The notes under the pieces are model-generated. The model did not search any database, had not been told where the DNA came from, and saw nothing but the letters and a program-made list of their open reading frames with translations. Made by a program: the position numbers and the translations under genes. Below are positions 10,332-20,478 of a stretch of DNA of 64,000 nt, piece by piece. The stretch covers positions 832,001 to 896,000 of the forward strand of contig CAWJPJ010000008.1 of assembly GCA_963844715.1 (NCBI GenBank). The letters are read 5' to 3'. Source of the DNA: an uncultured Phycisphaerales bacterium (GTDB taxonomy: Bacteria; Planctomycetota; Phycisphaerae; Tepidisphaerales; Tepidisphaeraceae). The stretch's first letter is position 1; each line of letters begins with the position of its first letter.

Positions 10332-12090
10332 CGCGGAACAAATCGAGATCGGCTTTGCCCGCTGCTTCGGCAATGAGGCGTGGACGATCAATTAGTTATG
10401 TTGCGAGTATCGGCGTGGGAGTGGAACAGCATTAGCTGATCGAATGATGGCGCACACGGGATGAATCCAACGAAAATAATGCTCTTGCCGTAACAGATCA
10501 GAAGCGAGAAGGCCCACAGACCACAGGAACATCTCTTACGGCCGAGCACATAACTAAACTCAACACATAAGTTCGCCAGCGCATGAAGCTGGCGACTCTG
10601 GCCGAGCCGGTGAAGGCCGCATATCGCCAGGGCGGAATCGACACCGCGACCGCTGAGGCGTTCGCATCCGTTCCGGCAGATCGGCAATTGGAAGTCTGGC
10701 AGGAAGTCGGCGGCAACCCACAGCATGCGCAGCACGTCCGTAACGTGATCGCCCATGCGTGGATCGACGCCAAATCCGCCACGTTCGACGTGTCAAAGCT
10801 GTCGGAATCCGCCGTCAGCAAAGACCTGTTTGCCGAGCGCGTTTTGATCGAACGTAAAGCGTTTATGGAGGCGCAGGCCGAAGCGCTTTTGGCCGAGCGG
10901 CAAAGGCTGATCGAGGAAGGTTGGGGCGATGTCGTGGTCGGACCGCAGGCCGACGTTCAGGATCGGCTTTATGCAATGTCCGATGCTCCGCAGGAGTACG
11001 ACCAGCAGACTACCGCCAAGCTCGAAAAACTGGCGGAGAAGCGGAGCAAGCTGGAAGCGAGGATCGAAGAACTTGAAGCCGGACCGGGCGAGTTCAGCGA
11101 GTCGGAGCAAAAGGCGTATCAGGACGTTCAGGTGAAGTTGGAAGCGCTGGACGACGACGAACAAGCCTTGACCAAGGAAGCCGATGTTCACTATGCCGAG
11201 GCGACCAAGGCCGTCGGCACGGCATTCCTGCTATTCGACCCGGACGGTCGGGTTCGGCGTGAATACCGTATCCCGCGTAACCGTCGCAACGCATCGGGCA
11301 ACGGTGTTCATGGGGGCAACGGACACGCCGGCAACGGTCAGACGGAGGCACCGAAGCCGCCGACTTCGGACGATCTTAAAGAGCCGCAACTTGCCGCGAC
11401 GTTCACGCATCAGGCGTTGGCGGTGCGCGAACTGCTGCTCAAAGACGACCGAGCTCGCAGGCGTGTCTTGGCCCTGATCCTGCATGACAAGGTGCGCAGC
11501 GAGGCGCTTTCCATCCGGCATGATGCCAACGGGACGACGGTCCACGCCGACCGTGCCGAAGGCTTCGCGTCAACCGCACTCGATACGCTCCGCAAACGCC
11601 GAGCCGAGTTGGACCCGCTGCATGACCAGCACTACGTTGAAGATCATGCTGCGTATGAAGCCGTGAAGCGTTTATCCGAGAAGAAGCTGGATGCGCTGAT
11701 CGACCTGCTGACGGTAGAGTGCATTACTGCCCACCTGCAACGCCGCACCGAATTGGTCTGGCGTCTGGCCGTCGAATTGGGCGTTGAGCTGCGCCGTTAC
11801 TGGCGTCCCGATGAGCGTTGGCTGTCGGGATACCAGAAGATTCAACTGGCGCACCTGATCGGCGAGTTGCGTGGTCCGGTGTACGCCAAAGCCGCCGAGT
11901 TGAAGAAGAAGTCAGAGTTGGTTGCTGACTTGGCCAAGCTGTTCACCGAGGCAGCCGAAGGCCGCATGGAGGATGCCAAGGTTGCCGCCAAGTTCAACGC
12001 TTGGCTGCCGTCCAATCTGCGGGAAGCGCCGCAGACGGACAGCAACGAGCAGGCGTCGGCGGCATAGTTCACAGCAACCACTGACAAGCG

Positions 12091-12125
12091 AAGAAGCCGG
12101 ATCGGGCATCCTGATCCGGCTTCTT
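12091..12125. terminator. bidirectional intrinsic terminator between parB and a convergent membrane gene
   Basis: AAGAAGCCGGATC..GATCCGGCTTCTT stem. Confidence 0.75.
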
Positions 12126-12150
12126 TGTTGCCTTGTCTGGACCTCGATTG

Positions 12151-12483
12151 TCATTCCCAAGGGTGAGGCGTGCGCACCACAGGATAGCGCACGACCTGCG
12201 AGAACCATTCCGCCAGCGCTCGCCACTTACCTCCCCGTTGCGCAAGCCGCAGCCAGGTGAATTGCCAAAGGGCGACTTGAACGGCGACAAGAAACGTCGC
12301 CCCGGTCGGCAGCAGCAAGAACAAATAGCTGTCGTGTTTCCGGCATTCAAAGAAGCCCACTGGCCAGAGCGTGAGCACGCCGAAGACTTCGACAATGCAG
12401 AATAGCACCACGGCCAAACGTGCCAATTGCAGCAACGCCAGCCAGTACAGGAACCTCAAGCTGTCGCCAATCCACCGCAGCAT
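12151..12483 (-). CDS. small hypothetical membrane protein
   Basis: AAAGGAG RBS; two hydrophobic segments. Confidence 0.55.
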   Translation of the reverse strand: MLRWIGDSLRFLYWLALLQLARLAVVLFCIVEVFGVLTLWPVGFFECRKHDSYLFLLLPTGATFLVAVQVALWQFTWLRLAQRGGKWRALAEWFSQVVRYPVVRTPHPWE

Positions 12484-12631
12484 ATCGGGCTGTCTCCTTT
12501 GCGAATGTGCATCTGCCAGAGCTTCGCTCTGCCATCTGATGACACACGCTCCATTATATCGTTGGCAACAATCACGTCTCTAAATCTCTTCGATCTTGGC
12601 CACTTTTTCTGAATTCGTTTGAGTCCAGCCC

Positions 12632-12702
12632 GACAGATTTCTGTCTGGCCGACCTTAAATCTGTCTGGCCAGATTTGACGTTCGGCATCTGTTTGGTATA
12701 AT
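12632..12702 (+). promoter_or_regulatory. sigma70 promoter of the relaxase operon with overlapping repeats; candidate oriT region
   Basis: TTGACG (12675-80), 16-bp spacer, extended TGnTATAAT (12697-702); TCTGTCTGGCC at 12640 and 12660. Confidence 0.6.
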
Positions 12703-12901
12703 CGGTTTAGTTCAATTCATTGGGTTGAACTATTTTTTTGTAATTAAGAAGGGAAGGCAAGGTAAAAGCGAGCCAGTGGGTGTTTTTGTAAGTCTCAGGC
12801 CCACGAAGGGTTGGCGCAACCTATGCCAGTTTGATGACAGTGGGTTTCCAATGGGTCGTTTTTCAGAGCTTTGGATGCTCGAAAGAAGCTCGGAGGTACG
12901 T

Positions 12902-14886
12902 ATGCCGCGGAGATTCAGAAGGCAGCCGGATGGTGTTGATTCGGATCAGATCGGCCGAATGGGCGCACGACGACCGCGGGAGCGGAGCGTCAACAGCGAG
13001 CTCGCCCGGCGCCTGCGCGGTTTCAAAGGGCGCACGCGAAAGTACCTGCCGGGCGGTTCCGCCGGCCGGGGTATGCGGCAGCGGGTTGTCGTCAAGGCGC
13101 ACGTCAGCCGACACAAGCCGGGCAAGGCGCGGGGGAGTTTGGCGCGCCATGTGTCATACCTGGGACGGGAAAGCGCCAGCGCCGACGGCAAGCATGGCGT
13201 GTTCTATGACGCCATGCGCGAGGGGGTGAACGCCAGGCAGGAGGCCGTCCAATGGGCGCAGGACCGGCACCATTTCCGGCTGATCGTATCCCCGGAGCGC
13301 GGCGGCGACATCCCCGACATGACGGCTTACGTGCGCGAAGTCATGCGCCGGGTGGAGCGGGATCTGGACACCAAGCTCACGTGGATCGCCGTCAATCACC
13401 ACAATACGGACAACCCCCATGCGCACATTCTGCTGCGCGGGAAGCAGGCGGACGGGGCCGATCTGGTCATTCCCCGACAATATATATCGTATGGAATCCG
13501 GGACCGGGCATCGGAGGTGGCGACCGAACTGCTGGGAGAACGGACGCCCCAGGAAGTCCAGTTGGCCAAATCCAAGGAGGTCGAAGCGGAGCGATTTACC
13601 TCACTGGACCGGATGATCGAGCGAGCGTTGGACAACGGCAAGATCGACGTTTCACCGTCGAAGCATATCGGCTTTGGCGCGGATGATCGGCGGTTGGTCG
13701 TGGGCCGCTTGCAGTTCCTTGAACAGATGGATTTGGCGCACAAGGGCGCGGAACGACCTGGCATGTTGAGGGGGATTTCAAGCAGGCTCTGCGCGAACTC
13801 GGGAACCGCAACGACATCATTCACCAGCTCTACAGCCAGTTGGGCAACGAATCGGGACGAGTTGTGCCGATGGCTGGCGGCAATCGAACCCTCACCGGCG
13901 GTCGCCGGCGTGGTCATTGCCAAGGGCAGCATCGATGAGCTGGGGGAAGATCGGTTTGTCGTAGTTCGTGACGGGAGCGGGCAGGCGCACTACGGCCGGG
14001 TCAGAGACAGCGCGCCTTACCGGGACCTGGAGATCGGGTCGGTCGCCGAACTGGGCGCGGTGCGCAGCGTCGGCGGGAGGTGATCGAGCAGGTCGTGGCG
14101 GTCGCCAACGCCAATGACGGAATCTATTCGCCGCAGTTGCACGAAGCTTATTTGCGCGGGACCGGACCAGACTCGACCGATCGGGAGATTGCATCAAGCG
14201 TGCGCTCGGCAGCATGGCGATTGGGCTTTGTTGCCGGCTTCGAGGGGTCCGGGGTGCGCGCATTGGGGAACGGTGAGTACGCCATCGATGCCAATTCCTT
14301 TGCGCAATTCAGTCAGCGGGGAAGCCAGCGAACCGACGTTCGGGTGATCGCCGAGCACTCGCTGGCAAAGCAAGTTGAGGCACACGCGGCGACGTGGCTG
14401 GACCGTCAGACGTTCGGACGGCAACGGGATGCCCGCACCGACAACAATCCGATCGTTCAGGAAGCGGCGCAGCACCGGCAGGAATGGCTCGTGCTAAACG
14501 GGTATGCCGAGCGATCCGCCGGCGACACCGGAACGGTTCAACTGCTTCCCGGCGCATGGGAGCAACTTGCGGCCGAGGAACGTGCCGAAGTGGCCGAACG
14601 GCTGGCCGGCAAGTACGGCCTGCCAGTCAACGAACTGCCCCAGGGCGGCACGGTCAGTGGCGAGTACCACGGCACGGAACACCTCCACTCGGGCAAGGTG
14701 GCTGTGGTCGTGGCGGAGGAGAGCGTGTTTGTCTCACCCGTCAGCCGCGATCCCGACGTTGGCATAGGCAATGAAGTCAGTCTGCAGCGCACATCGGCGA
14801 GGGATGCGACGGTTGAACTGGCGGCGGGACAAACGCTTGACTTGGATGCCGGACTGTCTCGGGACGGACCGGGAGGTGACGAATGA
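12902..14886 (+). CDS. relaxase, VirD2-like/RlxS (DUF3363) type, frameshifted
   Basis: QRVVVKA, HVSYLGRE, DRHHFRLIVSPE, HUH motif HHNTDNPHAHILLRG; ATWLDR C-terminal motif. Confidence 0.9.
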
Positions 14887-16739
14887 ACGCGCGACGACTC
14901 TTCATTGCATACCTGATCGTATTGGTGGCCGGATTGGTGACAGCCACCCAATGGGTTGCATTCCGGTTGAATTACCATCCTGCCCTGGGAGGCGTGCGCA
15001 TCGGCGGGCACATGGTCTACGCGCCCTGGGCAATGTTCATCTGGGCCCGCGACTTCGGTGACAACATCCCCAAAACGCTCACCGAGGGGTATGCGTTCAT
15101 CGGCGGCACTTTCATTCTGGCCACGCTCATGCTGGTTGGAGCGCGCCAATTGCGCCGCCACATCCCCGTCCGGGAGATCGGCAAGGATCGTTGGGCCAGC
15201 AAACGCGACATGAAGCGCGCTGGTTTACTGACCGGCCAGGGAACCGTTCTTGGACATGCCTTTGGTCAATATCTCACCTACGACGGACCCGAACACCAGC
15301 TTGTTTCCGGTGCAAGCCGGTCCGGCAAAGGCGTGGGACACGTTATTCCCACGCTGCTGAACTGGAACGGCAGCATCTTGGCCTACGACATCAAGAACGA
15401 ACTGTGGGACGCGACCGCGGGGATGCGCGCAAAGCGAGGTTACTGCCTGTTCTTCAATCCGACCCGGCCGGACAGCGCCCGGTTCAACCCGCTCTTTGAG
15501 ATTCGCAAGGGTGCCAACGAAGTGCGCGATGCGCAGAATATCGTCGAGATGTTGGTGAACCCAACCGGCGCAAAGCACACGATGGACATTTGGGACCAGC
15601 AGGCGAGCCAATTTCTGGTGGCGCTGATCCTGCATGTGCTCTACACCGAGCCGGATCAATATAAGAATCTGGCGACGGTGCGGGCGCGATTGCTCGACTT
15701 CAAGCGGACCGCGTTGGCGATGATTCGCACGCCACACCGCTTCAACCCGCAGACCGGTGCGCCGGAGGTTCACCCGGAAGTGGCGCTGGTGGCCAACGAG
15801 CTGCGCCGCCAGCCGGCGAAGTTCCAGTCCAGCGTGTGCGGAACGGCGGCGGCATATCTCACACTTTGGGCGGACGACATCATTGCCCGCAATACAGCTA
15901 CCAGCGATTTTCGGCTGAGTGATCTGGTGTGCGCCGACCGGCCCATGACGCTTTACATCCAGCCGCCACCCTCGGATGCACCCCGTTTGCGCCCTTTGGT
16001 CCGGCTGATGATCAATCAGACATGCCGGGCACTGATGGAATATCTCGACCGCGATAGCGCCGGCCGACCGAAGAACCATCGCCTGTTGTTGTCGCTAGAT
16101 GAGTTCCCGACGCTTGGACGATTGGACTTTTTCACGATGAACCTGCGCCAGATGGCCGGATACGGAATCAAGGCGCACCTGATCGTCCAGTCCTTCAACG
16201 ACATCATCGAGCAATATGGCACGAACAACACGATCCTGGACAACTGCCACATCCTGAGCACCTTTGCCGCTGCCGATACCGTCACCTGCCAGCGTATCAG
16301 CCAAATGGTCGGCACCGTGACCGAGTACCGGGAGAGTTATTCGCAGGCCGCTCGGAACCTTGGGGCGAGAACGATCAGCCACAGCGAACAGGTTCGGCCG
16401 CTTCTGTCTCCCGGAGACATTCGGGAATTGCCGGTGGATGACCAACTCATGTTTGTAACCGGCTTCAAGCCAATGCGCGTGAAGAAGGTGCGATATTTCA
16501 ACGATCCGATCTTTATGAAACGGATTCTGCCAGCGCCGGATCAATCAGCGTATCTGAACGTACCGGCCAAACCCAAAATCGACTGGCTGCACGAGCGGCC
16601 CAAGGGGCCGGAATTGGCGTTGCCCGCACCGAGTCATAACGGCCTATCGGCGAGCGGGAGTCCCGCCGCGGATTCCGACGAGGATACGGAGCAAGACGCG
16701 ACAGACCAGAACCTTCACTCTGAAAGTGAATACACGTGA
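14883..16739 (+). CDS. traG: type IV coupling protein TraG/VirD4
   Basis: SRSGKGVGHVIPTLL, DIKNE, FNPL.EIR, LDEFPTLG. Confidence 0.95.
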   Translation: MNARRLFIAYLIVLVAGLVTATQWVAFRLNYHPALGGVRIGGHMVYAPWAMFIWARDFGDNIPKTLTEGYAFIGGTFILATLMLVGARQLRRHIPVREIGKDRWASKRDMKRAGLLTGQGTVLGHAFGQYLTYDGPEHQLVSGASRSGKGVGHVIPTLLNWNGSILAYDIKNELWDATAGMRAKRGYCLFFNPTRPDSARFNPLFEIRKGANEVRDAQNIVEMLVNPTGAKHTMDIWDQQASQFLVALILHVLYTEPDQYKNLATVRARLLDFKRTALAMIRTPHRFNPQTGAPEVHPEVALVANELRRQPAKFQSSVCGTAAAYLTLWADDIIARNTATSDFRLSDLVCADRPMTLYIQPPPSDAPRLRPLVRLMINQTCRALMEYLDRDSAGRPKNHRLLLSLDEFPTLGRLDFFTMNLRQMAGYGIKAHLIVQSFNDIIEQYGTNNTILDNCHILSTFAAADTVTCQRISQMVGTVTEYRESYSQAARNLGARTISHSEQVRPLLSPGDIRELPVDDQLMFVTGFKPMRVKKVRYFNDPIFMKRILPAPDQSAYLNVPAKPKIDWLHERPKGPELALPAPSHNGLSASGSPAADSDEDTEQDATDQNLHSESEYT

Positions 16740-17329
16740 GCGAACGCAAGACCCAACTTTCGGTCTTTTTAGAGCAACAAGTGCTGCTGGCCGCCAGGCA
16801 GCGCGCAAAAGAAATGAAGCTCTCGATGTCGGCGGTTGTGGCCGAAGCGGCCAAGGAATCGCTGTTGTCCGCTTATCGGAGCGAGCGCGAACAGGAAATC
16901 CTCAAGGCGGTCGAGCGAAACTTTCATGCGCTACGCCGGCTGGACCAGCGGTTGGCGCTGGAGATTCAGATCCTCAAGGAAATGGTCGGGCTGGGGATGC
17001 GCTCGTTTTTCAACCATACCACGCCGATTCCAGACGCGACCAAGGCTGCCGCGATCCTCAGCGGGAAGCAGCGATTTCATGGCTATATCGACATGCTGGC
17101 CAAGAATCTGCGCAAGGGTGAATCGATCCTCAGCGACCTTCCGTTGCCCGAACTTGATCCACCGAAGGAATCAACGCAGCCGCCGCAAAATGTCGAAGAG
17201 GTGGCCCCGACCAATCACGCTCTTAGCGCAGCTAAAGCCAAGGACCGTGCAACAAAACAAACTGTGCCGACCAGCGCGCCGAATGGCGCTCGTGAGTGGG
17301 CGTTGTTCGAGCCAAGCGGAGAGAAGTAA
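16736..17329 (+). CDS. CopG/ribbon-helix-helix protein
   Basis: RHH-like N-terminus; conserved position between traG and trbB. Confidence 0.7.
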   Translation: MSERKTQLSVFLEQQVLLAARQRAKEMKLSMSAVVAEAAKESLLSAYRSEREQEILKAVERNFHALRRLDQRLALEIQILKEMVGLGMRSFFNHTTPIPDATKAAAILSGKQRFHGYIDMLAKNLRKGESILSDLPLPELDPPKESTQPPQNVEEVAPTNHALSAAKAKDRATKQTVPTSAPNGAREWALFEPSGEK

Positions 17330-17351
17330 TTCAAAACAAAGGAAATCAATC

Positions 17352-18311
17352 ATGGCGGCTAACGCAAATTCCGTTCATCACCGGCAGCAGGAAAGCCTCT
17401 ATCACGCCTTGGGACCGTTGATCGCCGAGGCGTTGGGGCGTCCCGACGTGGTCGAGATCATGGCCAACCCGGATGGAAGTCTATGGGTGGACCGCGCCGG
17501 CGTTGGACGTGAGAGAGTCGGCCGAATTGAGCAGGCGGCGGCCGAAACCACGATCCGGCTACTGGCGAGCCATATGGGCGAGACGGTTACGCCGGATCGT
17601 CCTGCCGTCGCCGGTGTTTTGCCGCGCAGTGGGGAACGATTCCAAGGACTATTACCGCCTCTGGCCGAACGGCCCGTATTCACCATTCGCAAGCGCGCTT
17701 CGATTGTTTTTACACTCGATGATTACGTTGCAAAGGGAATCCTGCCGGCCGCTAGTGCCGATGTGATTCGCAGCGCCGTCGTCGAGCGGAAAAACATCCT
17801 CGTAGCCGGTGGCACCGGATCGGGTAAGACCACGCTGGTCAATGCGATCCTGGCAGAGCCACCGTTCAAGAGCGATCGCATCGTCCTCATCGAAGACACA
17901 AAGGAGCTTCAATGCCCCGCAGACGATAAGGTTGAACTCCTGACAAAGAATACTGAGCCGCGGGTAACGATGACGGATTTGCTCCGCATGACACTCCGCC
18001 TTCGTCCAGATCGAATCATCATCGGCGAGGTCCGTGGGCCGGAGGCACTGGCCATGCTTAAAGCATGGAACACCGGCCATCCCGGCGGCGTGGCCACTAT
18101 TCACGCGAATTCGGCATCCGATGCACTTCGACGTATCGAAGACCTGGTCGGAGAAGCCTCGCAGATCATTCCGACGCGTTCTATCGCATCCGCGGTGAAC
18201 CTTCTAGTTTTCATCGAGCGCACGAGTGCTTTCCCCGGCCGATTGGTTCGCAGTATTGTCGAAGTCCGAGGTTTCGAGAATGGAGAATACTTACTGCAAG
18301 AAGGCACTTAA
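17352..18311 (+). CDS. trbB: P-type conjugative transfer ATPase TrbB
   Basis: [48 protein letters not shown]. Confidence 0.95.
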   Translation: MAANANSVHHRQQESLYHALGPLIAEALGRPDVVEIMANPDGSLWVDRAGVGRERVGRIEQAAAETTIRLLASHMGETVTPDRPAVAGVLPRSGERFQGLLPPLAERPVFTIRKRASIVFTLDDYVAKGILPAASADVIRSAVVERKNILVAGGTGSGKTTLVNAILAEPPFKSDRIVLIEDTKELQCPADDKVELLTKNTEPRVTMTDLLRMTLRLRPDRIIIGEVRGPEALAMLKAWNTGHPGGVATIHANSASDALRRIEDLVGEASQIIPTRSIASAVNLLVFIERTSAFPGRLVRSIVEVRGFENGEYLLQEGT

Positions 18312-18319
18312 CCCCGGAA

Positions 18320-18607
18320 TTACCGACACTCTGGAAGGCTGAGAAGATTGTCGGGCTGCACGCCATCATTTTCCGTCTTGAGATATTTGTGGCCGTATGC
18401 GCTGGTGGACACAATCACATTGACGGTGCGGCCCCCACGATGTACGAAGAAAGTCCATTTGCCTTGCTCGATCCCGGCTATGGCATCCCCTTGCGTGAGC
18501 TTCCAGGAAGTTCCGTCCCCATTGCGTCCCCCGATGTGGGTAATCCGTTCATGAGGATTCATTCGGTCACTCTTGTTGATGCACAAGATTTCATGTTGAG
18601 TTGCCAT
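18320..18607 (-). CDS. DUF3892 domain protein
   Basis: CINKSDR..PHERITHIGG..YLKTENDGVQPDNLLSLPEC. Confidence 0.8.
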   Translation of the reverse strand: MATQHEILCINKSDRMNPHERITHIGGRNGDGTSWKLTQGDAIAGIEQGKWTFFVHRGGRTVNVIVSTSAYGHKYLKTENDGVQPDNLLSLPECR

Positions 18608-18659
18608 GTTGCGTCGTCCTTTCCGGCCGATAAGCCTGTTGGTGTATGCTCTTTCTCAA

Positions 18660-18675
18660 AGCAACATCGATGCCA
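18660..18675 (-). promoter_or_regulatory. sigma54 (-24/-12) promoter for the DUF3892 gene
   Basis: Minus strand TGGCATCGATGTTGCT, GG-N10-GC, near consensus. Confidence 0.8.
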
Positions 18676-18763
18676 GGGCCGCCCCGCATTTTGTTGCCAA
18701 GACGTAGATGCATGTAAATACAACTGTTGCGACGCCTTTGTTCTGCCGATCAGGAGCGAAGGC

Positions 18764-18817
18764 TTGCAACAGCCTTGCTCTCTCGTACAATTCCGTTTGT
18801 GAAGTCACAAGGGAATT
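18764..18817 (+). promoter_or_regulatory. sigma70 promoter of the activator gene with overlapping palindrome (candidate UAS/operator)
   Basis: TTGCAA-16-TACAAT; AATTCC-gt-TTGTGA-ag-TCACAA-g-GGAATT at 18789-18817. Confidence 0.55.
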
Positions 18818-18826
18818 GGTGGTAAC

Positions 18827-20415
18827 ATGGCATCAAGGCGGATTCTCTTTTCTTGGATCGGCCACACGGACTTACGCGCCATGGCGTCCACGCTTCCTGA
18901 GACAGAGCAAGAAGAAGTTCTGGCCAAAATTAAAGCGCCGGTTCTAAAGCGAGGTGAGGCTGGTCCACTCAAGTGCCTTCTCAATCACGAGAAGTTTGAG
19001 GAGGTTCATCTGCTAAGCAATTACCCTTCCGCACTCGGCCAGCGATACGTCAAATGGCTCGGCGACTCGGCAGTGCTGCATCAAGTGAAGCTAAACAACC
19101 CGACTGACTATCCAGAAGTATTCAACGTCGCCGACGCCCAACTTGCAGCGGTGGTTAACATCCCGCGTCCTCACGCAATCGATCTATGCCTGCATCTCAG
19201 CCCGGGCACGCCCACGATGACGGCAATATGGCTACTCCTCGGAAAGAGTAAATATCAGCCCGCGACTTTCTATCAGACCCACGAAAATAAAGCGTGGGTA
19301 ACGACGGTTCCGTTTGATCTCATCATGGAGTTTGTTCCGCAGGTTATTCGAGATGCTGACGCACGGCTCCAGGCTCTGGCTAGCCAAAGTCCGCGCGAGT
19401 TGAAAGGCTTCGAGGGCATTGTGGGTGAATCGAGGAGCCTGCGTGTGGCGGCCGGACTGGCACGCCGCGCCGCAACACGTGATGTGTCGGTGCTGCTTCT
19501 TGGAGAAAGCGGAACAGGTAAAGAGAAGTTCGCCCAAGCCATGCACGACGCCAGTCCACGACGGGAAGAGCCGTTCGTTTCCATCAATTGTGCGGCGATT
19601 TCTCGAGAACTGTTGGAATCCGAGTTATTTGGTCACAAGAAGGCGCTTTTACGGGTGCGGTCGAAGATCGTATTGGCGCGTTCAAAGCCGCTGATCGAGG
19701 AACACTATTTTCGGATGAAATCGGTGAGTGCGACCCGGCAATGCAAGCAAAGCTGCTCAGGGTTCTCCAGCCGCCAGACCACGATCCTTGCCGCCGCACT
19801 TTCTTTCGAGTCGGCGAGTCCAAACCAACGACCAGCGATGTTCGCATCATTTCGGCGACGAACCGCGATTTGACAAATGCCGTTACCCGCAACGAGTTCC
19901 GCGATGACCTCTACTATCGGATTGCGGCGATAACGATCAAGTTGCCCCCGCTCCGAGAACGCCGAGAAGATATTCCTCTGCTTGTTGACCATCTCCTCAA
20001 GCAGATTAACGACAACTTTAAGGACAAAGAACCTGGGTATGTCCACAAAAAGATTTCTGGTTCCGCCATGACGTTTGTGCGGAAGCACCCTTGGCCGGGC
20101 AACGTCAGACAGCTTTATAACACGCTTCTCCAGGCGGCCGTGATGACCGATGCGGAGACCATTGACCGGCAGGATATCGCGGACGCCGTCGCTGAGATTC
20201 CGGGAAAAACGACGTCTGACCTGCTTGGACAGCCGCTCGGCGAAGGCTTTGTCCTGACTGACTTTCTGGAAGAAATCCAGCGTCATTACCTGATCCGAGG
20301 AATGAAGGAGGCAGCAGGCGTGAAGTCGAAGGCCGCCGAGCTTCTCGGGTACAAGAACTACCAGACGTTGGCGGCTCAACTGGATCGGTTGAATGTCGAA
20401 ATACCCGCGACGTGA
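18827..20415 (+). CDS. sigma54-dependent activator (bEBP) with CARF-like N-terminal domain (RtcR/PspF-like); frameshift near 19643
   Basis: [19 protein letters not shown]-domain; [12 protein letters not shown](G)AFTGA across the frameshift; [22 protein letters not shown]-terminal HTH. Confidence 0.88.
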
Positions 20416-20430
20416 CACCGAAAAATTTCG

Positions 20431-20446
20431 TGGCACACGCTTCGCT
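20431..20446 (+). promoter_or_regulatory. sigma54 (-24/-12) promoter for the defence operon
   Basis: TGGCACACGCTTCGCT, GG-N10-GC, 15 bp after the activator stop and ahead of a GAAAGGA RBS. Confidence 0.75.
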
Positions 20447-20478
20447 TTTAGAGCCGTAACACGAAAGGAATTGTGATT

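Larger units (their letters stand above)
6927..10571 (-). mobile_element. RIT element 2, inserted in parB
   Basis: Three tandem tyrosine recombinases on the minus strand; 24-bp imperfect IR (6953-6976 / 10548-10571, 22/24 match). Confidence 0.92.
6473..12067 (+). pseudogene. parB: ParB/RepB/Spo0J-family protein interrupted by RIT2
   Basis: NPRR, IAGNRRLAAL, AENFVREPMHPLDEAEAF..FGVSQPYVR (to 6926) continues as QRMKLATL (from ~10577) to 12067. Confidence 0.88.
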
